DNA from: Chloroflexota bacterium
Lineage (GTDB): Bacteria > Chloroflexota > UBA11872 > VXOZ01
NCBI GenBank assembly: GCA_963663275.1
Contig: OY760183.1
Coordinates: forward strand, 2,912,001 to 2,976,000
Reading direction: 5' to 3'
DNA: 64,000 bases
Within the stretch, counting starts at the first letter, position 1. Each line of letters opens with the position of its first letter. The notes under the pieces were generated by a model. It was not told the DNA's origin. It made no database searches and worked only from the letters and a program-made list of their open reading frames with translations. This document shows, piece by piece, positions 39,705-49,786 of this stretch. The position numbers and the translations under genes were made by a program.

Positions 39705-39820
39705 CGTCCGTTTGAAAATACACTGGCAGCGCCAAGTCACGTGAGCGCGAGCAACGCCCGCTGCCATGCTACACGACTGGTGCCACTCCGGCTGAACACC
39801 AACCACGCAGAAAGCGCCTC

Positions 39821-40762
39821 ATGAAACAATTCAAGCAACTATTCGGCGGCAAGTCGTTGGAAGAGAGCGTAGAGAAGAGCCGCGGCGGCGCGTTCTCCGC
39901 GCTCCGCGACCTCTTTCGGCCCGGCGTCCGGCTGGACGAGGACTTCTGGGAGGAACTGGAAGACACCCTCGTCATGGCCGACGTGGGCCCCTACCTCGCC
40001 GACGAACTCACCGTGAGCGCACGCGAGTCGCTCGCCCAGACCCAGGTGGACTCGGCAACGGCGGCGCACGGCCTCATCGAGGAACTGCTCGTGGCGCAAC
40101 TCGCCGCCGGTTCCTCCCAACTCCTCGCCGCGCGGCCGCTTACCGTCATCCTCATGGTGGGCGTTAACGGCTCCGGCAAGACCACCACCACGGCCAAGCT
40201 GGCGCACTGGCTCCAGGAGCAGGGTCACACCTGCCTGCTGGCGGCGGCGGACACCTTCCGCGCCGCCGCGATCGACCAACTGCGGGTATGGGCGGAGCGG
40301 ATCGACGTGCCCGTCATCGCGCAGCAGCCGGGCGCGGATCCGGGGGCGGTGGTGTTCGACGCCATCGATTCCGCGCTGGCCCGCAACGTCTCGCACCTCA
40401 TCGTGGATACCGCGGGCCGCCTCCACACCAAGACGAACCTGATGGACGAACTGCGCAAAGTGCAGCGCATCGCCGTCAACCGCGTCGGCGCGGCGGCCAT
40501 CGAAACCTTGCTCGTCATCGACGCGATCACGGGCCAGAACGTGCTCAACCAGGCGAAGATCTTCTGCGACGCCGTGCCGGTCACGGGCGTGGTGCTGACC
40601 AAGCTCGATAGCACGGCCCGGGGCGGCAGCGTGTTCAGCATCGCCCGCGAGTTGGCGCTGCCCATCAAGCTGGTCGGCACCGGCGAGCAACTGAACGACA
40701 TGGATACGTTCGATAGCGCGCGCTTCGTGCGCGCCTTGCTCAGCGAGACCGTGCCCACCTAG
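39821..40762 (+). CDS. ftsY: SRP receptor FtsY
   Basis: GVNGSGKTTT, DTFRAAA, DTAGR, TKLD and GTGE. Confidence 0.96.
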   Translation: MKQFKQLFGGKSLEESVEKSRGGAFSALRDLFRPGVRLDEDFWEELEDTLVMADVGPYLADELTVSARESLAQTQVDSATAAHGLIEELLVAQLAAGSSQLLAARPLTVILMVGVNGSGKTTTTAKLAHWLQEQGHTCLLAAADTFRAAAIDQLRVWAERIDVPVIAQQPGADPGAVVFDAIDSALARNVSHLIVDTAGRLHTKTNLMDELRKVQRIAVNRVGAAAIETLLVIDAITGQNVLNQAKIFCDAVPVTGVVLTKLDSTARGGSVFSIARELALPIKLVGTGEQLNDMDTFDSARFVRALLSETVPT

Positions 40763-40864
40763 AAGTACCATCAGGGCGCTTACAATCGCGCTTTCGACGC
40801 GCGTGCGGGCGCGGGCTGGGCGTACGGCGCAAGCTACCCGCACTGTTGGAAAGGAACGTAGAGC

Positions 40865-41626
40865 GTGAAAGGCGTCATTCTCGTCGGTGGCAGCGGCAGC
40901 CGCTTAGACCCGCTGACCCGCGTGACCAACAAACACCTGCTGCCGATCTACGACAGGCCGATGGTCTACTATCCGCTCCAGGCGGTGGTGAACGCCGGCA
41001 TTACGGACATCATGCTGGTCACCGGCGGCAACAGCGCCGGCGACTTCCTGCGCCTGCTGGGCAACGGCAGCGCGTTCGGCCTGAAGCGCATTCACTACAC
41101 GTATCAAGACCGTCCCGGCGGCATCGCCCACGCCTTGGGCCTGGCGCGAGATTTCGCCGACGGCGACTCCGTGCTGCTGATGCTGGGGGACAACATCATC
41201 GAATACAACCTGGCCGCGGCGCGCCGGAACTTCGAGGCGCAAGGACGCGGCGCGCGCATCATCCTGACGCGGGTGAAAAACCCCTCCAGCTACGGCGTGG
41301 TGGAGATTGGGGAAAGTGAGCACGGCAAAGCCGGCCGCATCGAGCGCATCACGGAGAAACCCGCGTCGCCAAAGTCCAACCTGGTGCAGACCGGTATCTA
41401 CTTCTACGATGAGCGCGTGTTTGAGATCGTCTCCAACCTGCGGCCCTCGGAGCGCGGCGAGTTGGAGATCACGGACGTGAACACCTACTATCTCCAAGAG
41501 GGCAATCTGGAGTACGATATTCTGGAGGGCTTCTGGGCGGACTGCGGCGAGTCGTTCGAGACGTACCTGGAGTCCCAGAACCTGGTAGCCGCCCACGGAG
41601 CGAACAAGATGACTGAATTGAAGTAG
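40865..41626 (+). CDS. Glucose-1-phosphate thymidylyltransferase-like nucleotidyltransferase (RmlA/SpsI-like)
   Basis: GGSGSRLDPLT..NKHLLP, LGDN, EKP and RGELEITD. Confidence 0.88.
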   Translation: MKGVILVGGSGSRLDPLTRVTNKHLLPIYDRPMVYYPLQAVVNAGITDIMLVTGGNSAGDFLRLLGNGSAFGLKRIHYTYQDRPGGIAHALGLARDFADGDSVLLMLGDNIIEYNLAAARRNFEAQGRGARIILTRVKNPSSYGVVEIGESEHGKAGRIERITEKPASPKSNLVQTGIYFYDERVFEIVSNLRPSERGELEITDVNTYYLQEGNLEYDILEGFWADCGESFETYLESQNLVAAHGANKMTELK

Positions 41627-41725
41627 CCGGCTTCAATGAAATCGCCGGCTTCGATGGAAGCGCCGGCTTCTCCGGAGCCGCCAATTCCCTCAAAATCGGA
41701 GCATACCTGATAGTGAGAAAAGACC

Positions 41726-43057
41726 ATGTTTGAAACCCTTTCCGATAGCCTGCAAGGCGTCTTCCAGAAACTGCGCGGACGCGGCAAGCTGAGCGAAGCC
41801 GACGTGAACGCCGCTCTGCGCGAAGTGCGCCTGGCGCTGCTCGAGGCGGACGTCAATTTCAAGGTTGCGCGCGATTTTCTCAAGTCGTTGCGTGCGCGGG
41901 CGGTGGGCGCCGAGGTGCTGGAGAGCCTGACGCCGGGGCAGCAGGTCATCAAGATCGTGCACGAAGAGCTAATCGGCCTGCTCGGCGAGCCGGCGCCGCT
42001 CACGCTCACCGGTTCTCCGCCGCACGTCATCATGCTGGTCGGCCTGCAAGGGTCCGGCAAGACCACCGCCGCGGGCAAACTGGCGCTCGCCTTACGCAAG
42101 CAGGGCCAACGCTGTCTCCTGGTGGCGGCGGACGTCTATCGCCCCGCCGCCATCGAACAGCTTCAGACCATCGGCAATCAGATCGACGTGCCCGTGCACG
42201 CCATGGGCACGGCGCAGCCGCCTACCGCAATCGCCCGGGCGGCCGTGGAACGGGCGCGCCAGGAGCGCCTGAGCACCGTCATCGTGGATACCGCCGGGCG
42301 CTTGCAGATCGACGCGGAGATGATGGCCGAGATCGACGAAATCGCCGCAACCGTCTCACCCCAGGAAGTGCTGCTGGTGGCGGACGCCATGACCGGCCAG
42401 GAAGCCGTCAACGTGGCGCAGGCGTTCCACGAGCAGGTACCGCTCACGGGGCTGATCCTCACTAAGACCGACGGCGACGCCCGCGGCGGCGCGGCGCTCT
42501 CCGTGCGCAGCGTGACCGGCATACCGATCAGGTTCCTGGGCAGCGGCGAGAAGATCGAGCCGCTGGACCCGTTCTATCCGGACCGCCTGGCCTCGCGCAT
42601 TCTCGGCATGGGCGACGTGCTGAGCCTCATCGAAAAAGCGGAAGAGACCATCGACGCCGACCAAGCCGCCGTCATCGAGAAGAAACTGCGCACCGCCAGC
42701 TTTACGTTGGAGGATTTCGTCGAACAGTTGCAGCAAATCAAGAAGATGGGCTCGCTGAGCCAGATCATGGAAATGGTGCCCGGCGTCAGTCAGTTCATGC
42801 GCAATCCCGCCATGGCCGCGGCGCTGGACGAGCGCCAGTTCGCGCGCGTGGAGGCGATGATCTACTCGATGACCCCGGCCGAACGGCGCAACCCGTCCAT
42901 CATCGACGGCTCGCGGCGGCGGCGCATCGCGGCCGGCAGCGGCACAACCCCCGCCGAGGTCAACCAACTGCTCAAGAACTTCCGCCAGATGCAATCCATG
43001 ATGAAGTCGTTCGCCTCCGGCAAGTTGCCCAGCAATCTCACGCGCCTCTTTGGGTAG
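41726..43057 (+). CDS. ffh: Signal recognition particle protein
   Basis: GLQGSGKTT, DTAGR, RILGMGD and M domain (SMTPAER..SRRRRIA.GSG). Confidence 0.97.
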   Translation: MFETLSDSLQGVFQKLRGRGKLSEADVNAALREVRLALLEADVNFKVARDFLKSLRARAVGAEVLESLTPGQQVIKIVHEELIGLLGEPAPLTLTGSPPHVIMLVGLQGSGKTTAAGKLALALRKQGQRCLLVAADVYRPAAIEQLQTIGNQIDVPVHAMGTAQPPTAIARAAVERARQERLSTVIVDTAGRLQIDAEMMAEIDEIAATVSPQEVLLVADAMTGQEAVNVAQAFHEQVPLTGLILTKTDGDARGGAALSVRSVTGIPIRFLGSGEKIEPLDPFYPDRLASRILGMGDVLSLIEKAEETIDADQAAVIEKKLRTASFTLEDFVEQLQQIKKMGSLSQIMEMVPGVSQFMRNPAMAAALDERQFARVEAMIYSMTPAERRNPSIIDGSRRRRIAAGSGTTPAEVNQLLKNFRQMQSMMKSFASGKLPSNLTRLFG

Positions 43058-43362
43058 CCTGTAGAGCGATTGAGCGCTTGAACGAGTGCGAGCGGCAGAA
43101 TCTGTCATGTGAACGACGAGCGGCTTCAATAGAAAACGAGGGCGTACCGTAGTACGCCCACTTCAGACAAGGTAGATTCTCCGGTGCGTCGTATCGCTGC
43201 CCGTCCCTACCCGCCGAGACGCATCTCAATTCACTTGACAACCCATCGGTATCTTGATAATTTGGAGACGGTTCGCATTCGTCTGCGAGCTGGTGAGCGT
43301 TTAGGAAGTGTGCGGAAGCCCCGCATGGCGGGGCGAAGCGCCCACGCAAAAGGCAGTCAACT

Positions 43363-43656
43363 GTGGCAGTCCTCGATACGCAAAGGACATTCAAGGCGTA
43401 CCTGGCGGCCGGGTTCTCTGAAGACCAGGCTCAGGCCTTGGTGGACGAGGGCAAAGAACGCCACGGCGAACTGGCAACCAAAGCCGACTTGAAGGACTTC
43501 GCCACGAAGTCTGATGTAGCGGAGTTGCGCGCCGACATGGAAAAGCTGGAAATGCGCCTGTTAATCAAGCTCGGCGCGTTGATGATTGCCGTTGCCGGGT
43601 TGCAGGCAGCCATACTCGGCTTCCTGCTTGCGCTGCTCCTGGACGCTATCCCATAG
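43363..43656 (+). CDS. Small coiled-coil, C-terminally anchored protein (DUF1640/CCDC90-like)
   Basis: AGFSEDQAQAL, LATKADL/FATKSDV repeats and a C-terminal TM helix; TTGACA-N17-TAATTT at 43235. Confidence 0.7.
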   Translation: MAVLDTQRTFKAYLAAGFSEDQAQALVDEGKERHGELATKADLKDFATKSDVAELRADMEKLEMRLLIKLGALMIAVAGLQAAILGFLLALLLDAIP

Positions 43657-43760
43657 TTGCCTCGACTCGCGCCCGCTCCTGTTGATTGCCCTTCTACCGG
43701 CTGCTCTTGAGATGTCCCCCGTCCAATAGAGATTCGCCTGTCTGAGTCGCCGCGCGCGCC

Positions 43761-45212
43761 CTACCCCGCGTTTCGCCCAAACAGCGGCGCGAATTGGAAC
43801 ACCAACCAGCCGAGAATGCTGGCCAGCAGCGACCCCACCAGGATGCTGACCTTTGCCGTCTCCAGAAAGCCGGTGCCGCCCAGCGCCAGATTCGCGATGA
43901 AGAGCGACATCGTAAAGCCAATTCCCGCCAGGCACCCGGCGCCAAGCACGTGCATCCAACCGACGCGGCTGGGCAGCGTCGCCAGACCGAGCCGCACCGC
44001 GGCCACCGAGAAGAGCATGATGCCGAGCGGCTTGCCGACCAGCAGCCCCAGCGCCACCCCCAGCGCCAAGGGTTCTGCCATCAGGCTTGCAAACCCGGCT
44101 TCCATAGCGGCGCCCTCGAAGACGCTCACACCCGCATTCGCCAGCGCGAACAGCGGCATGATGCCGAAGACGGTCCAGGGATGGAGCGCGCTTTCGAAAC
44201 GCTGCAACGGCGACTGCGCCCCCACCGCCGTCTGCTCGATCTGGCGCATCAAAGAGACCTGCTCGTCGTTCAATAGCCGCTGCAAAGAGGCCTGCCCTTC
44301 GTCCGCCTGCGGGCTGTCGCCGTCACCCGAAGCCTGCGCAAACTCCTCGACGTACACCCGGCTCAAGTTGGCGAACTCCGCGCTGTCTATGCGGCGGCGC
44401 GCCGGAATGGTAAAGGCCGCAATCACGCCCGCTACGGTCGGATGCACGCCGGAGGCGATGAAAGCCGGCCACAAGCCGCCCGCGACCAGGAGCAAGTACA
44501 CCAGCGTACTGCGCACTCCCATGCGGTTCGCGCCAATGAGCAGCAGCACGACGATAGCCGCGACGCCCAACGCCGGCAGCGAAATCTCGCTGGTGTAGAA
44601 GATGGCAATCACCAGCACCGCGCCGATGTCGTCCACAATCGCCAGCGCGGTGAGGAAGACCTTGATGGGCGTGGGCACGCGGCTGCCCAGAACCGCCATC
44701 ACGCCCAGCGTAAAGGCAATGTCCGTGGCCATGGGAATGCCCCAGCCGCGCTGCGCCGGCCCGCCCCAGTTGAACCACAGGAAGATGGCCGCGGGTACCA
44801 CCATCCCGCCGACCGCCGCCATGATCGGCAACATGGCCCGCCGCGGCGCGGCGAGTTCCCCGGCTATCACCTCGCGCTTGATCTCCAATCCCACCACGAA
44901 GAAGAAGATCGCCATCAAGCCGTCGTTGATCCACCAATGCAGCGGCTGGTCGAAGTGGAAGTCCCCAAGGTGCACGGCAAAGTGGAGATGCCAGAGCGCG
45001 AAATACGACGAGGCCAACGGCGAGTTTGCCCACACGAGAGCCACGATTACGCAGGCCAGAAGCACAATGCCGCTGGACGCCTGGGCATGGGCGAATTCCC
45101 GAAAAAGGCCCATTACGCGAAAAGAGGACTGGCCGAGCGGCCAAGCGCGGCGGCCGGGATTCTGCGGGCCGTCTGAGCGATCCTTCACTTCTGCTGCCTC
45201 ATTTTCCGGCAA
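43761..45212 (-). CDS. nhaA: Na+/H+ antiporter NhaA
   Basis: WINDGLM, GLEIKRE, PMATDIAF, LAIVDD and GIGFTMSLF. Confidence 0.95.
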   Translation of the reverse strand: MPENEAAEVKDRSDGPQNPGRRAWPLGQSSFRVMGLFREFAHAQASSGIVLLACVIVALVWANSPLASSYFALWHLHFAVHLGDFHFDQPLHWWINDGLMAIFFFVVGLEIKREVIAGELAAPRRAMLPIMAAVGGMVVPAAIFLWFNWGGPAQRGWGIPMATDIAFTLGVMAVLGSRVPTPIKVFLTALAIVDDIGAVLVIAIFYTSEISLPALGVAAIVVLLLIGANRMGVRSTLVYLLLVAGGLWPAFIASGVHPTVAGVIAAFTIPARRRIDSAEFANLSRVYVEEFAQASGDGDSPQADEGQASLQRLLNDEQVSLMRQIEQTAVGAQSPLQRFESALHPWTVFGIMPLFALANAGVSVFEGAAMEAGFASLMAEPLALGVALGLLVGKPLGIMLFSVAAVRLGLATLPSRVGWMHVLGAGCLAGIGFTMSLFIANLALGGTGFLETAKVSILVGSLLASILGWLVFQFAPLFGRNAG

Positions 45213-45375
45213 GCGGGCATTTCTCTACGCGGGACTCTGGTCCAAGGGAAACCGCGAGGTGTTCCTCTACTATAGCGCACCCCGCGCACCCAGTCTCATC
45301 GCCCCAACATGCGCAGGTTACAAACCTGCGCTACCAAGGCACTGGCGCCATCCCCGTAGCGCGGGGGCTTGTCCC

Positions 45376-45537
45376 CAATACTGTCGCATTAACGTAGCGC
45401 GGGGGCTTGTCCCCCGCCGGAATAAGAGAAATGCTAACGGAATGGATTGACCCTACGGAAGTCGCAGGTTACAAACCTGTGCTACCGGAGAAACAAGCGT
45501 AGTTTTCACTCTCATTGCGTTTAATGCGACAACATTG
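45376..45537 (-). mobile_element. 162-bp MITE, copy C (opposite orientation), in the REP cluster 45311-45631
   Basis: Interior is the reverse complement of copies A and B, while the host REP keeps the same orientation; gggcttgtccc is duplicated. Confidence 0.85.
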
Positions 45538-45670
45538 GGGCTTGTCCCCCGCTCCCAAACAGGCGCAGGTTGCAAACCTGCGCTACCAAGACACTGGCGC
45601 CATCCCCGTAGCGCGGGGGCTTGTCCCCCGCCTCTTGCCGCGAAACCCACACACCTCGCAGGCCGGGCGC

Positions 45671-47194
45671 TTAGCTGATGTCGAGTTTCGGCCGGTACTG
45701 CAACGCCTCGGCCAGGTGCGGGACCCCAATCGTATCCGCATCATCCATGTCCGCAATCGTGCGCGCCAGCTTGAGCACGCGGTGAAAGCTGCGCGCCGTC
45801 AGGTGCATCCGTTCAGTGGCCGTCCGCATCAAGTCCTGCGCATCCTCGTGGAGCGCACAGAACTCACGCACGTGGCGCGGGCCGATTTCGGCGTTGGTCT
45901 TGAACGGCAGCGCGGCAAAGCGTTCCCGCTGCGCCTGGCGCGCGCGCATCACCCGCTGCCGCACGATTGACGACGGCTCGCCGCGCCGGTCGTCGGTAAG
46001 TTTCTCGTACTCCACGCGCGGCACCTCCACGTGTATGTCGATGCGGTCGAGCAGCGGGCCGGAGAGTTTCCGTTGGTAGCGCGTGACGATCGCGGGGTTG
46101 CACGTGCACGCGCGCACCGGATCGCCGTACCAACCGCACGGGCAGGGGTTCATAGCGCCAATAAGGAGAAACTGGGCAGGAAATGTCAATGAACCCGAGG
46201 CGCGGGAGATCGTGACGGCCCCGGATTCCAGCGGCTGCCGCAGCATGTCCAGCAGATTGTTGGGGAATTCGGGAATCTCATCCAGAAACAGCACGCCGCG
46301 ATGCGCCTGGCTGATCTCGCCCGGCCGGGGGAAGCGGCCGCCGCCGACCAGTCCCGCGTGGGAAACAGTGTGGTGGGGCGAGCGAAACGGCCGCTTCAAC
46401 ATCAGCGGCTCATCCGCCCGCAAGAGCCCGCACACGCTGTAGATCTTGCTCACCTCGATCGCCTCTTCCAGCGACAGCGGCGGCAGGATTGAGGACACCG
46501 CCTGCGCCAGCAGCGACTTGCCCGTGCCCGGCGGGCCGGAGAAGAGCACGTTGTGGCCGCCGCTGCATGCCACCTCCAGCGCGCGCTTGGCATGTTCCTG
46601 GCCTTTCACGTCCGCCAGATCGACGTCGTAGGTCACCTCATCGTGGTCGACCGCCGCCGGCGGCCGGGCCCTGGCAAGCGCTTCGACGCCGTTGAGGTGG
46701 AGAACCACTTGCCGGAGGTGCGCCGCGCCAAACACCTGCAATCCGGCGATGATTGCCGCTTCCGCGCCATTGGACTCCGGCACGAACGCGTTCCTGATGC
46801 CCCAGCGCAGCGCGTTCGACACCAGCGGCAAGACGCCGTTGGTGTGCCGCAGCGCGCCTTCCAGCGCCAGTTCGCCCAGGAAGAGCGATTGCTCTAGTCC
46901 CTCCGCGGCCAATTGACCGCTGGCGACCAGAATGCCGACGGCAATGGCCACGTCGAGGCCGGTGCCCTCTTTGGCCACGTCGGCCGGCGCCAGGTTGATG
47001 GTGACGCGCTTCTGCGGAAAGGCGAAGCCGGCGTTGCGAATAGCCGCCCGCACCCGCTCACGGGCTTCCTGCACAGCCGTATCCGGCAAACCCACAATGA
47101 CAAACGAGGGCAGCCCGTCGGCAAGATCTACTTCTACCTCAACCTGCGCGCTATCCAGCCCGACCAGCGTGGCAGCCATAATCTTGGCGAGCAT
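45671..47194 (-). CDS. comM: YifB/ComM family Mg-chelatase-like AAA+ ATPase
   Basis: INLAPAD, GPPGTGKS, PFRSPHHT, FLDEIPEF, AMNPCPCG and SGPLLDRID. Confidence 0.9.
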   Translation of the reverse strand: MLAKIMAATLVGLDSAQVEVEVDLADGLPSFVIVGLPDTAVQEARERVRAAIRNAGFAFPQKRVTINLAPADVAKEGTGLDVAIAVGILVASGQLAAEGLEQSLFLGELALEGALRHTNGVLPLVSNALRWGIRNAFVPESNGAEAAIIAGLQVFGAAHLRQVVLHLNGVEALARARPPAAVDHDEVTYDVDLADVKGQEHAKRALEVACSGGHNVLFSGPPGTGKSLLAQAVSSILPPLSLEEAIEVSKIYSVCGLLRADEPLMLKRPFRSPHHTVSHAGLVGGGRFPRPGEISQAHRGVLFLDEIPEFPNNLLDMLRQPLESGAVTISRASGSLTFPAQFLLIGAMNPCPCGWYGDPVRACTCNPAIVTRYQRKLSGPLLDRIDIHVEVPRVEYEKLTDDRRGEPSSIVRQRVMRARQAQRERFAALPFKTNAEIGPRHVREFCALHEDAQDLMRTATERMHLTARSFHRVLKLARTIADMDDADTIGVPHLAEALQYRPKLDIS

Positions 47195-47342
47195 ACCGAA
47201 TCCTAGTGTCCAGCTAAATCGGTCTCACACATGCTTCACTGAAGGTCCGCAGACGTGTACACGTAAGCAAGGAATGAAGCAAGCGGCTACGTCGGCGCTC
47301 TCTGCCGCATATCGCCGATGTCAATGGCGCATAGTCCCTTCG

Positions 47343-47482
47343 GATACCTTTGCATAACTCTGTCATTCCGGCGAAAGCCGGAATCCAGACCCCATTTACA
47401 ACTAAGAATAGCCTGTTTTCAAGCCTTTACACCCCCATCCCAACCTTCCCCCTCGATGGGGAAGGGGCTATGCAAAGGTCTC
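47343..47482 (+). mobile_element. Intact 140-bp MITE
   Basis: gatacctttgcata...tatgcaaaggtctc with a perfect CTTCG direct repeat on both sides. Confidence 0.9.
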
Positions 47483-47627
47483 CTTCGAGGGAGTCGACTA
47501 TCCAACGAGAAGCAATTTCGCCCCCCAAAACGGCGGAAACCGCCGTATCTGGCGCTAATCGAACGTCTGTTCCGCCGTAAGGAATGTCACGCGCTGCCGG
47601 CCCGCAGCCGAAGCCAACGTGCCACAG

Positions 47628-49226
47628 TCAGTGAAGCGGGTCGAAAAACGTCAGTTCAGCGCCGAAATCGTCCATCGCCGCCACCGCGTCTCCTTCAAGA
47701 GCCGTCCGGATGTTGCGCGTGCGGTGAGCGAGGGTAATTTCAGTCCGCGCCGCCGGGTATTCCAGTGAAATTGGCTTACCCGGATCAGGTTGGGCAATGA
47801 ACAGGTGTTCTCCCAATACCACGTAGTGGTCGGTACCGCTGACGCGCAACGCAGATCTGTCGGCCCACCGCGGCAATCTGATCCAAAGTGGCGCCGCGTG
47901 TCTGGTCGTTACGCTCACTCGGCCTGACGATTCGCCCGCCTGCACCCGCGCGTCCGGCGTGTCCTGGTCCATCAGCAGGTTCACCCGTACGCCAACGGGC
48001 CCTGAAACGACGCCCTCCCTGAGCGCTTCGCAGAGCGTCCCGACTACGCCGCCGACTATGTCCATATTGAAGCTGACCCGCTCGAGACCAAGCGGGCGGT
48101 GGCCGTACGGCGCTGGGAATCCAAACGCTCCCAGGTGCCGTTCTCTCACGCTTCTCAGACCATCTTCGTCTGCCGGATTGGCAGGTTCGGGGATGAAATC
48201 CGCGTCGCGAAGTTGGGACGGCAACAGGTGCCCGCGTAGTATCCTTTCGGCGTCCTGGAAGCGCCCGGGATATCCGTGCCGGCCGAGAATCAGGTCTGTC
48301 TCGACGATGTCGCCGGTGTTGTTGCCCTCGCCCTTGTCGGGCGGGCTGTCGTCGGCGCTGCTCTCGATCACCCAGCCCAGTTCGTCGCGGATCGCCCACA
48401 GCCCGTTGTCGGCAAAGGCCCGTACTCGCTCCAGGAGCGCGGCGTCGCCGGTCAGGTCCGCAAGCTGCGCCAGAGAGGACATGACGCAGGTCGTCGAGTG
48501 CGTGTGCACGCCGAACTTCTCGCGGTCATACGACCCGTCCGGCAAGAAGAACTCGGACGTGGCCTTCTCGGCCAGGAGAGACGCCAGTTCGAGCGCCTTG
48601 CCCGAGCCGGTGGCCCGGTAGTACTTGACCAGCGGGCCGATGGCGCGGGCGACTCCCGTGATGAATGTGTTCTGCCGGGGCCAGCGAATGCCGTGGGCCG
48701 CCATAATCCTCTCGCGGTCCCAGCCGTCCTCGGGGTCCCACGTATCGAGAATGAACTCGATGCTGGATTCGGCCAATTCCCGCGCCGTGTCGGAGTCTCG
48801 ATACTTGACCAGGGCGTAGAGCGCATGCATTCCCTCACGCACGTTGTGATCGTTGAAGTTCTCGAGTGGTCCGTCCACGCGGTCGCGGTTCATGGGCAGA
48901 GGCACGGGGCCGGAGTAGGAGAAGAAGGCCGCTGCGGCGTGTTTTTCGACCGCCTCTTCCGAGATCGAGACGCCAGCCGCGTCTTCGGCATTCAGCAGGG
49001 CGTTCAGGTGCCTGCCCGGCACATGAGACTCAGAGTGGACGCTGCTGAAGCTGAGCCGGGGGTTGGGCAGGACCTCTGAACCAAAGAACGGGATGTCGTT
49101 GTCGTCGGCGTTGAACACGTTCGACATCGTCCGACAACCGAGTTTGATCGCCGACGTGATGTCGGTGGTGTTGACGTTGGATACCTTCACGTTGACGCTC
49201 CCGCGGTTCGCTCGAAAACGGTCCAT
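47628..49226 (-). CDS. Hypothetical (alpha/alpha)-barrel protein, distantly GH127-like
   Basis: Long ORF with host-like codon usage; LVKYYRATG...ALELA helices and C-terminal LWIRLPRW beta domain. The start is uncertain. Confidence 0.55.
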   Translation of the reverse strand: MDRFRANRGSVNVKVSNVNTTDITSAIKLGCRTMSNVFNADDNDIPFFGSEVLPNPRLSFSSVHSESHVPGRHLNALLNAEDAAGVSISEEAVEKHAAAAFFSYSGPVPLPMNRDRVDGPLENFNDHNVREGMHALYALVKYRDSDTARELAESSIEFILDTWDPEDGWDRERIMAAHGIRWPRQNTFITGVARAIGPLVKYYRATGSGKALELASLLAEKATSEFFLPDGSYDREKFGVHTHSTTCVMSSLAQLADLTGDAALLERVRAFADNGLWAIRDELGWVIESSADDSPPDKGEGNNTGDIVETDLILGRHGYPGRFQDAERILRGHLLPSQLRDADFIPEPANPADEDGLRSVRERHLGAFGFPAPYGHRPLGLERVSFNMDIVGGVVGTLCEALREGVVSGPVGVRVNLLMDQDTPDARVQAGESSGRVSVTTRHAAPLWIRLPRWADRSALRVSGTDHYVVLGEHLFIAQPDPGKPISLEYPAARTEITLAHRTRNIRTALEGDAVAAMDDFGAELTFFDPLH

Positions 49227-49538
49227 CCAGCTTGCTTTACACTTTGCATCATGGACGACAGATCATACCGGTTCTATTCGGTACTAAAGGAGTACCGGCA
49301 CAAACATGCCACAATTGCCAGCGGTTTAGCAATGCGTGAGGTTGCTTGGCAGCCAAATTCGTAATTGTCTTGTCGGTCTGGTAGCATACAGTAACATATG
49401 CAAAACTGTCTTTCGCGCCCCCGTACGGCGGGCGCGGATTTAATGTGCTTTACGATTCGCGCATTGCACTCTGTATACTGCCATTCAATACGTAGCGTAT
49501 TGGTATTGGAGCGTCCAATTCGAGATCAAGTGGACTGA

Positions 49539-49731
49539 GAACCTGTTTACGGTCTTTTTGTCTGCGCGAGAACGTTCGCCCTGAGCCTGTCGAAGGGTGA
49601 ATGGAACCGTCGCAAGGCGGCGAAAAGCCGTTCATGCTTCGACAGGCCTGTACTGAGCTTGTCGAAGTGCTCAGCACGAACGGTTTTCATCGGCTTTGCA
49701 GACTCCCGCTAAGCAGATCGTAAACAGGCTC
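49539..49731. mobile_element. IS5-like MITE, second copy (193 bp)
   Basis: TGA direct repeat; carries an extra ~22-bp REP segment (ctgtactgagcttgtcgaagtg) relative to 29149. Confidence 0.85.
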
Positions 49732-49786
49732 TGAGAACGCATTACGCAATCAACAATGAGAGTGACTGGTTCAGGAAGGAGAATCG

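Noticed and set aside
41624-41670. gccggcttc repeated three times at 18-bp spacing between the nucleotidyltransferase gene and ffh
   Set aside because: It is real but very short, and I have no evidence for function or family membership.
43060-43360. SRP RNA or a riboswitch downstream of ffh
   Set aside because: No SRP domain IV motif or recognisable aptamer is present, only a small hairpin; an Rfam scan would settle it.
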